A DNA stretch of 24,334 nt from a virus (Duplodnaviria > Caudoviricetes): the IMG/VR virus record IMGVR_UViG_3300020045_005861, positions 1-24,334 of that record. The stretch is one strand, 5' to 3'. A model generated the notes under the pieces. The model ran no database searches and had not been told where the DNA came from. It saw only the letters and a list, made by a program, of their open reading frames with translations. Made by a program: the position numbers and the translations under genes. Shown here piece by piece: positions 15,926 to 22,887 of this stretch; the first letter of the stretch is position 1; each line of letters starts with the position of its first letter.

Positions 15926-17635
15926 TTACACTGCCCAAGATCCGGCCTCCTCTGCTGCGACGGTATAGGAGTTTGCCGTGTCCCGCACGTTTTTGTCCTC
16001 ATATGCCAGCCATGCGTCGGACTCCTGGTTGGAGGAAAATCGTATTTCTCGGATTGAACCATTAAATATTTCTGCCGGGCTCGTATCGCCAGCACCGATG
16101 AACAGGGTATCTCTTGTTGACGGAATTGTTCCCGCAGAGCCCGTAGCTTTAGTGGCTCCGCCATTGTGGCCAACGGTTCGATTTCCACCAGTGGCGAATT
16201 TTACATATCCACCATGCCAGACGTGATTTGTTGGGTTGACCCCGGTGTTTAGCCACGACCCCCCGTTACTATCCCAAGTGCTTAGGTTGGTTCCCGATTG
16301 CGCTACTAGTGTTGATCTGTCGTTGCCTGTTCCGTTGACGCTCAGGCTAACTATGCCATCCTGTTCTGCGACCTCTGGGCTAAACCAGGCTCGCATGGTC
16401 CCGCTGGTGTAGTTTGTGGGCATTTGAGCCGACACCCACTGTGACCCACCAAACCGCCGACCATCTCTGGGTCGTAGTCGGCGCACAAATCGACTGCCCC
16501 CCCCACCATCCGTCAAAACATGCAGATCGGTTTCGTCGTATGCCAGACCCTCGATGTTTGGGTCGCCCGACGAGTGCCAGTAGACAACGCCGATTACGGT
16601 CCCGGTAAGCCCAACCTGATAGATTTGTCGCAGGCCCGATACATCGCTGGTGATGTAGTAATAACTGCCGACTCTGGTAATGCCCTGGATGTTGGGAATT
16701 GTTGATGACAGAGTTACATCGGCCTCGCGTGCGAACGTACCGAGGTTATACCTGTAGAGTTTATTATTTGTGTGGTAGGACGTTACAGTAACCCGGTTGT
16801 CGCTCGCCTCGACCACCAGGCCGGAGACCTCATGGCCTTGCGCGGACAGGTCATGTTCGGTGATATAGGCCAGAGTGGTGGCGTTAAATTCTGCAATGCA
16901 CATCCCGGTGGACGAAGCGCCGAGATAGGTTTCCATGGGTGCATACAAAACACTGTTATAAACGTCAATATCGCCTACATGGTCAGTGACGTTCGTCGTG
17001 GCTCCGCACGGGTTGGCATTTGTTGTCTGGACCACCCAGCTTGAGTTGAACCGCTTGAGTGTGTTTGTGTCGGATCCCCAATAACCACCGTCGCGAATAG
17101 CAATTCCCTGGTGACATCCGGTGTCTGACGACGTTGCAGCAATACCCAGCTGGCTGATCGGATAGGTTGCGGACGGCGAATAGGTAAATGTGTTTGCATT
17201 GCCCGTGCTTTCTGCCAGCGCAGCGGCTGCGGATGTGATTGGCATCCCGTGCAGGTGGACGACTGATTTGAAGTCCGATTTCCACACATTCGCCGGGGTG
17301 CGGGTTATAGTTTCGTCGGGGTTGCCGTAATACAGATAAACGATGGTGTTAGATACATGCGACAGGGTCGGGGCTTTGGCGTACAGACGGATCATCCTGT
17401 TATCCGGATCGTATAGTACCAGCTCCGTTTCCAGCCGTGTCCCGCTAGAATCGGTTACAACGATGTCGCTGCCGTCGGATTTTGCTTTGGTCCAAATGCC
17501 TGCATCGACATTGGCCTCGGTGATCAGAAGCGGAAAGTCAGTCAGAGTTGCCGTCAGGCTGGCAGACGCTACCGTCACTACCTGCCGGTAAGCAAAGCCG
17601 CTTGCGGCCGCAGCCCCCTGAAAGAACATCCCCAT
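15926..17635 (-). CDS. DUF2341 + beta-propeller + LamG/ConA-like lectin protein (putative receptor-binding appendage)
   Basis: The N-terminus has LTDFPLLI, AKSDGSDIVVTD and IVYLYYGN (DUF2341-like). Five (Q/E/S)G(I/L)-type blade repeats follow. The C-terminus has LFIG..FNGSIREIRFS..SDAW (LamG-like). Confidence 0.75.
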   Translation of the reverse strand: MGMFFQGAAAASGFAYRQVVTVASASLTATLTDFPLLITEANVDAGIWTKAKSDGSDIVVTDSSGTRLETELVLYDPDNRMIRLYAKAPTLSHVSNTIVYLYYGNPDETITRTPANVWKSDFKSVVHLHGMPITSAAAALAESTGNANTFTYSPSATYPISQLGIAATSSDTGCHQGIAIRDGGYWGSDTNTLKRFNSSWVVQTTNANPCGATTNVTDHVGDIDVYNSVLYAPMETYLGASSTGMCIAEFNATTLAYITEHDLSAQGHEVSGLVVEASDNRVTVTSYHTNNKLYRYNLGTFAREADVTLSSTIPNIQGITRVGSYYYITSDVSGLRQIYQVGLTGTVIGVVYWHSSGDPNIEGLAYDETDLHVLTDGGGGSRFVRRLRPRDGRRFGGSQWVSAQMPTNYTSGTMRAWFSPEVAEQDGIVSLSVNGTGNDRSTLVAQSGTNLSTWDSNGGSWLNTGVNPTNHVWHGGYVKFATGGNRTVGHNGGATKATGSAGTIPSTRDTLFIGAGDTSPAEIFNGSIREIRFSSNQESDAWLAYEDKNVRDTANSYTVAAEEAGSWAV

Positions 17636-18150
17636 TACTGCGTCACCTTCGCGCCGAGAATGTAGTTCGTCCCGTCGAATACCCCGGCTATATGATCTAT
17701 GGCACTCGCTGCGGTGGATAGTGTTGGTGTGTTTTTAAATACTGCATTCCACGTTGGTACTCGTGTGCCCGTCCCGTCCTGAGTGATGGTCAGCAGGAAT
17801 TCCGTATACTGCCCAGCACTCAAGGTTGGCGCGTTTGTGGGCGCTGCGATAGCCGCATTACCCGTCAACGTGGCGGTAAACCCGTGCTTCCCGCTCGACC
17901 AGCTCCATGTGACAGTTGTATCCTGACTTCCAATCGCATGTCTGGGCTTGATAATGGCCCCGGTGAATATCTGGTCTGCTACTCTGGCAAGTGCTGCAAT
18001 GGCCTGAGAAACCCTTTGTGCCGTCCACCGGCGTACACTCGTAGACGTTCCTGCCTCCGCGTCTGTCTGACTGACAACAGCAACCTGTGCGTTATACGCG
18101 GTCTCGATTTCGGCGTTATTTATCGCGCCGTACTTGAGTGCCCTTCTCAT
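17635..18150 (-). CDS. Fibre-like structural protein
   Basis: The start is revised to ATG 18150 (ATGA overlap), giving 171 aa. It has the fibre repeat SQTDAEAGTSTSVRRWTAQRVSQAI and LTITQDGTGTRVPTW..PTLSTAASAIDHI...DGTNY. Confidence 0.68.
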   Translation of the reverse strand: MRRALKYGAINNAEIETAYNAQVAVVSQTDAEAGTSTSVRRWTAQRVSQAIAALARVADQIFTGAIIKPRHAIGSQDTTVTWSWSSGKHGFTATLTGNAAIAAPTNAPTLSAGQYTEFLLTITQDGTGTRVPTWNAVFKNTPTLSTAASAIDHIAGVFDGTNYILGAKVTQ

Positions 18151-18308
18151 TTTTTCACCCCGGTAACAGCCCACAGTGCAGCAACGCCCCATGCGCAGGA
18201 TTTTACGAACTCCAGATAGTTAAACGGGAATTGTGCCCGGTCCTGCTCGATACAGTACGCAACCGCCCCACAGACAATCCACACCGCCAGAATTAATGAG
18301 CAAATCAT
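18147..18308 (-). CDS. Small membrane protein (53 aa, two hydrophobic segments)
   Basis: MICSLILAVWIVCGAVAYC...SCAWGVAALWAVTGVKK, coupled by ATGA at both ends. Confidence 0.55.
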   Translation of the reverse strand: MICSLILAVWIVCGAVAYCIEQDRAQFPFNYLEFVKSCAWGVAALWAVTGVKK

Positions 18309-18550
18309 TTCGTTGTCTCCGACCATTTCTTGATCAATCTTTTGTCCAGATCGCACTTTTCCAGCGCCGTCTGTTGTCGAGCTGCGAGATCCGCGATGTC
18401 GCGCCAGGTGTCGCCGCTCAGTTCCGGCTTGTCGCACGGCCGCAACAGGCTTTCCGGCGGCATGACAACCACCACCTCGGTTTTAACGAGCGGCTTTGAG
18501 CACCCGGATAATGTCATCAGGAGCGCGAGTATCAGCGCAGTTTGTTTCAT
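18305..18550 (-). CDS. Rz1: Outer-membrane spanin (o-spanin lipoprotein)
   Basis: Signal peptide with lipobox LSG-C, Pro-rich PPESLLRPCDKP, and overlap with the 3' end of the i-spanin gene. Confidence 0.85.
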   Translation of the reverse strand: MKQTALILALLMTLSGCSKPLVKTEVVVVMPPESLLRPCDKPELSGDTWRDIADLAARQQTALEKCDLDKRLIKKWSETTK

Positions 18551-18830
18551 CGTTTACCGTTCGGATTATTTTGATGACCGCCGGCTCTTTTGCCTCGATG
18601 CGGTCGGATTCGGTGATCTGGATTGCGGATAACCGCTCGTTTTTAGCGGACTGCGCCTTGACGGCCTTGACGGCCTGGGTCGCCTCTTTGACCGCTTTGG
18701 TCAACTCGACATTCTGGCGCTTGACCTTTTCCGCGTCCTTGATCGCGGAATTGTAGCTCTGCACCACCCACACGCCGGCGCCCATGGCAGCCAGCAATAG
18801 GCCGATCTTGACGTACATCAACCACGGCAT
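18483..18830 (-). CDS. Rz: Inner-membrane spanin (i-spanin)
   Basis: N-terminal TM helix, coiled coil and C-terminal Cys (NCADTRAP); it follows the endolysin gene. Confidence 0.85.
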   Translation of the reverse strand: MPWLMYVKIGLLLAAMGAGVWVVQSYNSAIKDAEKVKRQNVELTKAVKEATQAVKAVKAQSAKNERLSAIQITESDRIEAKEPAVIKIIRTVNDETNCADTRAPDDIIRVLKAAR

Positions 18831-18834
18831 AGGG

Positions 18835-19380
18835 TCACTCGAACAATGTCAGTGGATACCACTTGGTCACGATGATCCGCACATAATGCCGGGTCTCTCT
18901 GGGGGTCACACATGGCTCAATCTGACGGTACATCGCGCCACCCCCGCATCGCTTTTGCGACTTGACCACGTTGCCGCCGCCCCAGTTATACGATGCCAGC
19001 GCCAGCATGTGCCGGTCCATCACCGGGCGAGGGGCCTTCCAGAATCGGTGCAGCTCGGTCATGTACAGCGCCGCCGCCGTTATGCTCGCTGCCGGGTCAA
19101 ACTCACTCGCTGCGGCTAAAGTCGGGTATCTGGCCCGCATGTCTCGCCACGTCCCCGGCATGAACTGGCACAAACCAGACGCGCCTACAGGTGACACGGC
19201 CAATGGGTTTAACAGGCTCTCTTGGTAACACTGGGCTTTGAGAAGCCGGTGATCAATTCCCGCCGGCAATAGAATGGCCGCATCCTGAAAATCCGAATCG
19301 AACTGATCAGGAAAGAGCGAGCCCGACCAGCACGAACAGGCCCAGCAGAGCAAGGCCATAAAAATTAGCTTTCGCGCCAT
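18835..19380 (-). CDS. Endolysin, SLT-type lytic transglycosylase with N-terminal export signal
   Basis: Contains QES (catalytic Glu), AVSPVGASGLCQFMPGTW, ASYNWG and ETRHYV, with a hydrophobic N-terminus. Confidence 0.9.
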   Translation of the reverse strand: MARKLIFMALLCWACSCWSGSLFPDQFDSDFQDAAILLPAGIDHRLLKAQCYQESLLNPLAVSPVGASGLCQFMPGTWRDMRARYPTLAAASEFDPAASITAAALYMTELHRFWKAPRPVMDRHMLALASYNWGGGNVVKSQKRCGGGAMYRQIEPCVTPRETRHYVRIIVTKWYPLTLFE

Positions 19381-19516
19381 CGCTCCACCCGTCGATTTCG
19401 TTTCTCAGGTCGTGGTCACGGTCCATCATCAGTACCATGCTAACCGCAAGACCGGCCCCGATGATAACCAGGGCCAGCTTAAAAAGACCTTGTGCAAGTG
19501 CCGCCTCAATCATCAC
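19307..19516 (-). CDS. Putative holin (2 TM)
   Basis: 69 aa with two hydrophobic helices, starting Met-Met, immediately upstream of and overlapping the endolysin gene. Confidence 0.62.
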   Translation of the reverse strand: MMIEAALAQGLFKLALVIIGAGLAVSMVLMMDRDHDLRNEIDGWSDGAKANFYGLALLGLFVLVGLALS

Positions 19517-19824
19517 CGACCCCCTAGGCTGTCAATTATCGCGTCCATGATCCAGGCAAACCCAGACACGCCCACTATAAACCCGATAGCAACAGCGATC
19601 CATTTTGTTACCCGCATAAAGCCGTGAATGTCCTGCCACGCAGCGGCCATCTCTTTTGTGGCGTGCATATCCTTCTGAATGGCAGCGAGCGAGGTGGTGT
19701 TTTGGCCGAGCGTCTTAGACAGCTCCTCATCCCTGACGCTTTCGGTTTCGACGTGGTTTAAAAAGTCGTTGTAAAACGCGGTCAGCGTATCGTCAGACCA
19801 CCGCTTGCGGTTGAAGTCTGTCAT
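19513..19824 (-). CDS. Membrane-anchored coiled-coil protein (holin/antiholin-like), first late gene
   Basis: The start is revised to ATG 19824 (MTDFNRK; 103 aa) because the longer ORF would run through the terminator. The C-terminal TM is WIAVAIGFIVGVSGFAWIM. Confidence 0.6.
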   Translation of the reverse strand: MTDFNRKRWSDDTLTAFYNDFLNHVETESVRDEELSKTLGQNTTSLAAIQKDMHATKEMAAAWQDIHGFMRVTKWIAVAIGFIVGVSGFAWIMDAIIDSLGGR

Positions 19825-19848
19825 CCGTGCCGTGCCCCAATTTGTGAC

Positions 19849-19879
19849 AATAAAAAACCCCGGCTTCTGGCCAGGGTTT
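19849..19879 (-). terminator. Intrinsic terminator, tR'-like
   Basis: AAACCCTGGC-CAGAA-GCCGGGGTTT followed by TTTATT, between the late promoter and the first lysis gene. Confidence 0.8.
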
Positions 19880-19898
19880 GTTTTGGGGGCATTTCCCC

Positions 19899-19939
19899 AC
19901 ATTAGTAATAACTGTACAAAAGCGTTGGGGCGCTGTCAA
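19899..19939 (-). promoter_or_regulatory. Late promoter (pR'-like) with a -10-like pause element
   Basis: TTGACA (19939-19934), 17 nt, TACAGT (19916-19911), 6 nt, then TAATGT (19904-19899) and GGGG. Confidence 0.75.
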
Positions 19940-19984
19940 GTCACTTAAATTTGACTTACATCAAAAAAATAATGGCTTTCAGCC

Positions 19985-20013
19985 TTGCTCATAGTCCCGG
20001 ATAGGACTATAGT
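19985..20013 (+). promoter_or_regulatory. Sigma70 promoter of the + strand cassette with a palindromic operator
   Basis: TTGCTC, 17 nt, TATAGT. The spacer and -10 carry a perfect inverted repeat, ATAGTCC-cggata-GGACTAT (19991-20010). Confidence 0.72.
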
Positions 20014-20177
20014 TGCATTACAAGGTCAGGGGGGTCCTGGCCGAGAGGAGAAGGAAATGGCCTGGCCTGGCGCGGTTTCAGTACCGCGCAATCGGCTAGC
20101 CAATGACAACCTTGTCAAAGCCCCCTTCGGGGGGCACAGCGCCGATAATGGCGCATCTGCCTGCAGGAGGGCGCGAA

Positions 20178-20579
20178 ATGGCCACACTGGCCGAACTACA
20201 AAATGCCCAGCAAGCCGCCCATGCGGCCTGGGCAGCCTGCCCGGAGAAATCCCGTGCCGACAAAGCCGATAAGTCTCGGCTCAAAAGCCTGATGGCGGAG
20301 GCCACCAAAGCGGTGGCTGCGGCCAAGCGGGCCGCAGAGCCAGCGGCTCCGGTCGTGGACCAGGCGGCGCTAGCTGCCGCATTCCTGGCCCGGCAGGCCC
20401 AAAACGAGGCGGACGCAGCCCTGACGCGGCGCGTCTATGCCGCCTGGCGGCAGTACCAGACGGCCACGGACTGGCCGCGATGCGGTCAGGGCTGGCCCGC
20501 CAATTCGAGCGAGCGGGCTGCCGAGGCGCTGCTGCGCCAGCACTCTACCATGCTGGCCGAGAGCGGCTGGGATGAGTAG
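20178..20579 (+). CDS. Hypothetical Ala-rich helical protein (cassette gene 1)
   Basis: AGGAGG RBS 7 nt before ATG 20178; 133 aa. Confidence 0.72.
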   Translation: MATLAELQNAQQAAHAAWAACPEKSRADKADKSRLKSLMAEATKAVAAAKRAAEPAAPVVDQAALAAAFLARQAQNEADAALTRRVYAAWRQYQTATDWPRCGQGWPANSSERAAEALLRQHSTMLAESGWDE

Positions 20580-21147
20580 CGGCTGGATGGGCAACTACCC
20601 CGAGAGGGGTAGGGCGCGATTTTCGCCAAAAACCGGCCCGACCGAGCTGGTCGCGCCAAAAAGCGCCTTTCAGCCGGATTCGTCCGGCGGATACGGCGTC
20701 CCGTCTGTGACGGGCGACCGTCACGACCAGGTGGCCAACGAGGCACCGGAGTGGTTCCGACTAGTTGTGAGCGCGATCTGTGAGAGCGAGTCGAGCCAGA
20801 GGCTTGTCGCCCGACAGATTGGCGCTGCCGGAAAGTACCGTTTTTGGACGGTGCCCGCCGGCATTAGTTCGGCAAAAGAGCTTTTCGCGGCAGCCGATGC
20901 CATGTGTGCCGCACACAAAGACGCCTGCGCGGCATATGTTGCCAAAGCCCGCGCCGACGAGAACGCGGCGAACCTGGCCTTCCGGCTGAGCCGGATCGCG
21001 CTGTTGCATGAGCGCGTCGCTCGCCGGACCGATGACGTGATTGTCATCGAAGAACGCCAGGAAACGGGCACCCTCGTCATAATGGATGGCGATAATAGGA
21101 CGTGGGAGCTGTCCACATTTTACCCAGACAAAGAGGTAATTTTATGA
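20572..21147 (+). CDS. Hypothetical protein (cassette gene 2)
   Basis: ATG 20572 overlaps the gene 1 stop and the TGA is coupled to gene 3; 191 aa. Confidence 0.65.
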   Translation: MSSGWMGNYPERGRARFSPKTGPTELVAPKSAFQPDSSGGYGVPSVTGDRHDQVANEAPEWFRLVVSAICESESSQRLVARQIGAAGKYRFWTVPAGISSAKELFAAADAMCAAHKDACAAYVAKARADENAANLAFRLSRIALLHERVARRTDDVIVIEERQETGTLVIMDGDNRTWELSTFYPDKEVIL

Positions 21148-21443
21148 AATTTGCATTTGTTTCGCGCCACGCTCCGACCCCGGAGCAATTCGCCCTGGCA
21201 ACTGCCCAGGACATCGAGCTGATTCCGGTCGGGGATCAGGATGCATTTAGCATCACCTGGGCTGCGGTCCAGGATCACCCGGCGGCCCCGTTTGACGGCG
21301 CGGTTGTGGTCCACCCGGCGGCGGCCTTGCGGCTGGCCCCGATGATGCTGGTCGGCGTGTATGAAAACGCCAACCGGGCTCCGGAGGGTGAAAGGCCATC
21401 GTTTACGGCGGTGGCTCTGCACATCTACAACCGGGTGGATTGA
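21144..21443 (+). CDS. Small Rossmann-like SRH-motif protein; candidate Csx15/16/20-like ring nuclease (cassette gene 3)
   Basis: GAGG RBS; 99 aa: MKFAFVSRHAPTPEQ...GAVVVHPAAALRL...VGVYENANRAPEGERPSF. The CDS is secure but the function is inferred. Confidence 0.6.
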   Translation: MKFAFVSRHAPTPEQFALATAQDIELIPVGDQDAFSITWAAVQDHPAAPFDGAVVVHPAAALRLAPMMLVGVYENANRAPEGERPSFTAVALHIYNRVD

Positions 21444-21751
21444 TGAAAATCACCATCCCGGAAAACGTCGGCTTTGCCGACCTGAAATTAACACGCGACC
21501 CAACCACCGGCGCGGTGGAGTTTGCCTGGCAGCCCATCCAGGCGATCTGTACCGCGTCGGGCATCGACCCGGCCATTTTTACCGACAGCCACGAGGACAC
21601 AGTGGCGGGGTTGATCGTGCAGTGGTATGGGGCGCATCGCGCCCAGGGCGGCGCCAGCGACCCGGTGGCGGAAATCCTGATCGCCGAGGTAGAGGCAGAG
21701 GACACCTACGGCCCAGAGCACGATCAGCCCGGCAGCGGGCGTGTACAATGA
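21440..21751 (+). CDS. Acidic hypothetical protein (cassette gene 4)
   Basis: 103 aa, overlapping both neighbours by 4 nt; contains FADLKLTRD..EDTVAGLIVQWYGAHR..GGASDPVAE. Confidence 0.72.
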   Translation: MMKITIPENVGFADLKLTRDPTTGAVEFAWQPIQAICTASGIDPAIFTDSHEDTVAGLIVQWYGAHRAQGGASDPVAEILIAEVEAEDTYGPEHDQPGSGRVQ

Positions 21752-22074
21752 GCAGCCTGTCGAATTACACATCCCTGCTCGACTGGGGCATCAACGCCCA
21801 CATCCTGGAGGACACGCCGACAAACATCAGTCGGAAACGGGCGCTGCTGGCCGAGCTGAACCGGCACTGCGGCACTAACTACAGCGAGCAGCACCTGAAT
21901 AGCTGGTACGCGGGGCGCAAAAAAACCCCGGAACCGGTGTGGCGGTACCTGTGCTGGAACCTGATCGAGTGCGAACTCGGCTACGACCAGCCGGAGCTGG
22001 CGGGCGAGTTGCTGCGGTTGATGGGGTTGGAATTACCGTCGGACGCAGTCCCCGCATTTCAGGCAGCCGATTAA
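21748..22074 (+). CDS. Putative HTH (Cro/XRE-like) regulator (cassette gene 5)
   Basis: ATG 21748 (ATGA overlap); 108 aa. RALLAELNRHCGTNYSEQHLNSWYAGRKKTP fits an XRE-type recognition helix ending in W-x-x-G-x-x-x-x-P. Confidence 0.6.
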   Translation: MSSLSNYTSLLDWGINAHILEDTPTNISRKRALLAELNRHCGTNYSEQHLNSWYAGRKKTPEPVWRYLCWNLIECELGYDQPELAGELLRLMGLELPSDAVPAFQAAD

Positions 22075-22887
22075 CTCCCCTGGCCCGCCGGGCGACATGG
22101 TGACAAGCTCATCTCCCGGCCATTCCGGGGTTCCCGTCCAGGTCTGGCCCATGGCCTGGCCTTGTTTCATCTCCCCTTCGCGCAACCGCTCGATGGCCTC
22201 GGCCACCGGTTGCAATGCCCGGCGGTCGATGTCGTCCAGCACTTCCACGATAATCGATTTCCTGCGGCCCCAGGCCCTCGTTGGCACAAACTCGCTGCGA
22301 TCGACCCCCAGCATTTCGGCCAGCCGGTAGTCGGTGTATTTCCCTCGCCCGTTGCGGAATCGCTGGGCAGTATCGGCAATCAGGTGCTGGATCAGCTCCA
22401 GGATCTTCACGATCTCACCGAGCGTTGCCGCCTTTTTGCCCTCGCGTGCGTCGTACCGGTCGATGCCGTACTCCAAAACTATCCGCTCGTCGTGTGCGGT
22501 GCCGTTGTCGGTGTAGCAGATCGTCCCAAACGCTCGGCACTCTGCGGGCAATTTCTCGATGACCGAGAGTATCCGCCCAGCCTCCATCCCATCCACGATC
22601 CGCCAGTCGTTGTCCCGCAACCCGCTGTTGGTCTGGGTGGCGGTGATCGCCCCCTTTTTTGCCAGCACGGCCGGGCGCTTGCACGTGGCCTGGCATTTGT
22701 CGCACCGCCACACCCTGGCCCCGCCTTCGCCGAAGGCATCCTTTAACGATTCTCGGGCGTGGCATGACGGGCAATACAGCATTGGCGTCTTGCCGGTGCT
22801 GTCGAGCAGCCCAAAGTCTCTCAGCAGCCCCAGGCCGTACTGTGTGTGGACCTCAGTCCATGCGTGGCGGGCGGTATGGAATCTCAT
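22033..22887 (-). CDS. Q-like late antiterminator / activator with a Cys4 zinc finger
   Basis: The start is revised to ATG 22887 (MRFHTARHAW; ATGA overlap with the resolvase), giving 284 aa. It is the last nin-region gene before the late promoter. It contains AGRILSVIEKLP...FG..CY and the HTH-like DYRLAEMLGVDRSEF. Confidence 0.62.
   Translation of the reverse strand: MRFHTARHAWTEVHTQYGLGLLRDFGLLDSTGKTPMLYCPSCHARESLKDAFGEGGARVWRCDKCQATCKRPAVLAKKGAITATQTNSGLRDNDWRIVDGMEAGRILSVIEKLPAECRAFGTICYTDNGTAHDERIVLEYGIDRYDAREGKKAATLGEIVKILELIQHLIADTAQRFRNGRGKYTDYRLAEMLGVDRSEFVPTRAWGRRKSIIVEVLDDIDRRALQPVAEAIERLREGEMKQGQAMGQTWTGTPEWPGDELVTMSPGGPGELIGCLKCGDCVRR

Noticed and set aside
19951-19975. TTGACT as the -35 of a second + strand promoter
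   Set aside because: There is no -10 hexamer at 16-18 nt spacing, so it is treated as half of the AAGTCA/TGACTT palindrome.
20024-20154. Hairpin series as a CRISPR mini-array or tRNA
   Set aside because: The hairpins share no repeated sequence or regular spacing, and there is no cloverleaf or T-loop consensus.
21361-21747. N-terminal extension of the 237-aa ORF, and similar extensions of ORFs starting at 1738, 18192, 19902, 20103, 20437, 23043 and 23459
   Set aside because: They overlap neighbouring genes or regulatory elements. Internal ATGs with an RBS or stop-start coupling are better starts.
19970-22080. Target-site duplication or att sites flanking the + strand cassette
   Set aside because: Only a short TTTCAG match was seen near both ends, which is expected by chance. 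No integrase or transposase is present.
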